DNA of 64,000 nucleotides from Hormiphora californensis (Eukaryota > Animalia > Ctenophora). The position numbers were made by a program, and so were the translations under genes. The notes under the pieces were generated by a model, which did not search any database, was not told the origin of the DNA, and was given only the letters and a program-made list of their open reading frames with translations. How positions within the stretch are numbered: the first letter of the stretch is position 1; the number at the start of each line of letters is the position of its first letter. Below are positions 60,999 through 64,000 of the stretch, piece by piece. The DNA lies in NCBI GenBank assembly GCA_020137815.1, contig CM035352.1:2232001-2296000 (forward strand), written 5' to 3'.

Positions 60999-62976
60999 TC
61001 ATAGTCATAGTCATAGTCATAGTCATAGTCATAGTCATAGTCAATTAACCCTCGTGGCTCCGAAGTTTCATCAAAAACAGGGTAACGTGCTTTTAAATCA
61101 CGTCCTGATAACAATAATTATTATCATAATAAAAACGGTTTATTGTAATTGCAATAGGAGAGACAAAACGAAACGGGTATACATTCAATGTACATGGTGG
61201 CTAACTAAGCAGCAGCTGCGTGTGGTGGGAGAAATGGCTTACCCTATATTTTTTACTATTTTACAACAAATGTCTGAGAGTGACAGAAACATTGTACCGC
61301 TGCAGCATGATACGATACACACGGATGTCCGTTAGCTACTATTTGAACTCCAGACAGGTTGAGTTTTCAAACCAGCTGCAGCTGGCCCCCTAGCCTTTCG
61401 GAATGATGTAAATTTGAAACCAAACGCTAGGGCAATAACTTATAAAACCTTATGAGGTCAGTGTTTGACAACACTGTTTGTGGTGTCTCTCTCTCTTTGT
61501 CTCAGAGTGACACTCTTACATAGAGATAATCCCAGAATCATGATCACCCCGGCCCCCAGACATCTCTTCTCCACTTGTTGAGTTACCTAACAACTGGTTG
61601 TGTTGTGTCGTTACGACAGTACGGTACTGGAACATAATGCTACCTTTGAATGTGGGGTTCTAAGTTCGAAGAATGAGATTGGAGTGACGTAGTTGTGACG
61701 GTGAGGATGAGTAATTCGAGATGTGAACGATAATTATAATTACTCAGAATAGAATAATTATTATAGGGATCGCCTCCGTTCGACCTTCATCATGATGATG
61801 CTGCAGCAAAGAACAAATCTTGGAAATTACTTCATTTGGCCGGACTTGTGTTATAAATGGCACATATTATAATAAAAAATGAAGTATTCTTAAGTTATGA
61901 AGTATTTTTTCTGGATGCGACAAGAAGCATTTGAATTCCACAGATTTATGAAGCATTTTCAAATTGAAGTAAATGAAGTGAAGTATCTTCTGATTTGAAA
62001 ATACTTCAAACAAAATCTGCAACTGATTTATGAAGCATTTTCAAATTGAAGTAAATGAAGTGAAGTATCTTCTGAGTGGACAATACTTCAAACAAAATCT
62101 GCAGCTGATTGAAGTATTTCAATAGAATTTTTTAAATGAAGCAAACAACTGAAGCAAATTTTTCTGCGGTTATTACTTCTATGGTAGAAAAGTTTAACGA
62201 AGCAGTATTTATTTCCGAATTATATTAGCGAAGCAATTGCCATTTGCTTCACTTTTCTGCAGTTTTTCAAAAATAAAAGTACTTCACAAAAAACACTTCA
62301 CTCTATTTTTTGAAGATTGAGACACGAGACTTAGCCCATCTTGTAGATCTTTTTCTCCTGATCAAGATGGTATAAATAACTCAAAATCGCCAAAATTGCA
62401 AATACTTCATTCTAAAAAAAAGGGGCAGTATTTATGCAGGTGCAAAATAAACCCGGAAATGACCGATTTCTCCATCGCGGTACCCGCGGTAAATTTTTTT
62501 GGTGGTTGTAGAGACCCATTGGAGGGCCCTGGAAGTGGAATCGCTTTTAGATCAATTACTTCCTTTTTCAGCGATATATCGACGTCATATGACTAGCCTA
62601 AACAGTGAACACGTGTGGGGTCGCTTTTTGTACATACCATGATAGTGTCTTCTATACGGCCCGCTACATAACAATGAGTTCATGATACTTGGTAACAAAT
62701 TAAAAATATCAGAAACTTATTTTGAGTAAAAATGTAAAATATATTTACATAATATATTTGCATAAAAGCTAGCACTCTCATTCTGCTGAGCACCAAAATA
62801 GACGTAATTTGATCCCATGATCTATAGCTTCCACTATGTTCCCCCACTGAAAATACATCTCAGGACACACTTTCTCAAGTCGTAAAACCTTTTATTGCAT
62901 TTTACCAGGCGTTATAATGTAAAACAAAATAACGTAAAAATTCCTCCGAACACATTTACCATACAGCCTCACTCGT

Positions 62977-64000
62977 AGTAGAGTCGATAACTACATCAAC
63001 CTCTCCCAATTGTTCCAGTTTTTGTCACATCTGTTTGGAGCCTCGACACGACCTCTAAACAGGTGTTACTTTTTCACAAACTGTTTTCATCTTGGTGTAT
63101 AGTAGAGTCGATAACTACATCGACCTCTCCCAATTGTTCCAGTTTTTGTCACATCTGTTTGGAGCCTCGACACGACCTCTAAACAGGTGTTACTTTTTCA
63201 CAAACTGTTTTCATCTTGGTGTAATCAGCATTTGAAATGTTGCTGATCATAACAAAAACCTAACTATTTTTTTTCAACTTGGGGTAAAACCATGGGTGTC
63301 AAAAGTTAGCTCTAGGTCCCCTGAGTAACCATCCGGAGACTCTAAGAGATATTTCAAGCCGTTCTCCCGTAATCATTAATCCCGGTGGAGAAAAAAATAC
63401 AATGCGGACGTACGTGAGCGCTGGCAGGCTGTTTACATGTTATTGTATGTCTCTCACTCTCTCTGGAAAAACCGCACGTGCGGTTGCGCCGCGCGAGATA
63501 ACTCTTTCTCAAGGGGGAGAAAAGAGAGAGACGCACATTAACGTTATACATTAAAGTTGAGGTTGTAGGCAATTGCACGTACGTCCATACTCAAATATGT
63601 GCTCTACCGGGATTAATGATTACAGGAGAACGGCTGGAAATATCTCTTAGAGTCTCCGGATGGTTACTCAGGGGACCTAGAGCTAACTTTTGACACCCAT
63701 GGTTTTACCCCAAGTTGAAAAAAAATAGTTAGGTTTTTGTTATGATCAGCAACATTTCAAATGCTGATTACACCAAGATGAAAACAGTTTGTGAAAAAGT
63801 AACACCTGTTTAGAGGTCGTGTCGAGGCTCCAAACAGATGTGACAAAAACTGGAACAATTGGGAGAGGTCGATGTAGTTATCGACTCTACTAGTAATCAG
63901 CAGTTGAAATGTTGTTAATCATAACAAAAACCGAACTATTTTTTTTCAACTTGGGGTAAAACCATGGGTGTCAAAAGTTAGCTCTAGGTCCCCTGAGTAA
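62977..64000. mobile_element. Complex fold-back element with tandemly duplicated arm segments (runs off right edge)
   Basis: ~123-bp direct repeat (62977-63099 / 63100-63223); inverted arms 63100-63390 vs 63602-63892; 63893-64000 repeats 63221-63328. Confidence 0.82.

Larger units (their letters stand above)
57698..62600. mobile_element. ~4.9-kb non-autonomous DNA transposon with long TIRs and nested insertions
   Basis: taggccagtcatatgacgt... / ...acgtcatatgactagccta; inverted homology 57698-57855 plus 58883-58915 vs 62396-62600; subterminal tacttc motifs (left) and gaagta motifs (right); no transposase ORF. Confidence 0.8.

Overview
Eukaryotic (metazoan) genomic DNA with spliced genes, long (GA)n/(GT)n tracts and many transposons. 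Two short repeat families (7922-8111; 44376-44483) are ones I recall from cydippid ctenophore (Pleurobrachia-like) sequence, so that origin is an unverified inference. Bases ~950-4670 are homopolymer-corrupted and unreadable, and single-base insertions break several otherwise intact genes. Genes: a minus-strand DH-like/PH Rho-regulator gene running off the left edge; a 7-exon mitochondrial dicarboxylate carrier (SLC25A10-like) whose introns hold an ORF1-only retrocopy, a fold-back MITE, and a TA-flanked DNA element carrying an intact L2-type LINE; two small minus-strand orphan genes; two paralogous HRY-motif class A GPCRs; an 8-exon three-domain gelsolin/severin-like gene; and a single-pass membrane protein with a C-terminal coiled coil. 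The right end is a nest of palindromic non-autonomous DNA elements. The standout is a ~7.4-kb intronless minus-strand gene (36426-29031) for a ~2,460-aa block-copolymer protein with no signal peptide: (Gly-Gly-Pro)n runs punctuated by periodic CxxC motifs and charged spacers, bracketed by small beta-rich domains and mirrored Gly/Ala/Asn-rich ends. It is a candidate new silk/elastomer-like structural protein that reads as false collagen on the opposite strand. Second highlight: an in-phase A_AAA_AAC slippery site that would fuse LINE ORF1 to an AUG-less ORF2 by -1 frameshifting.
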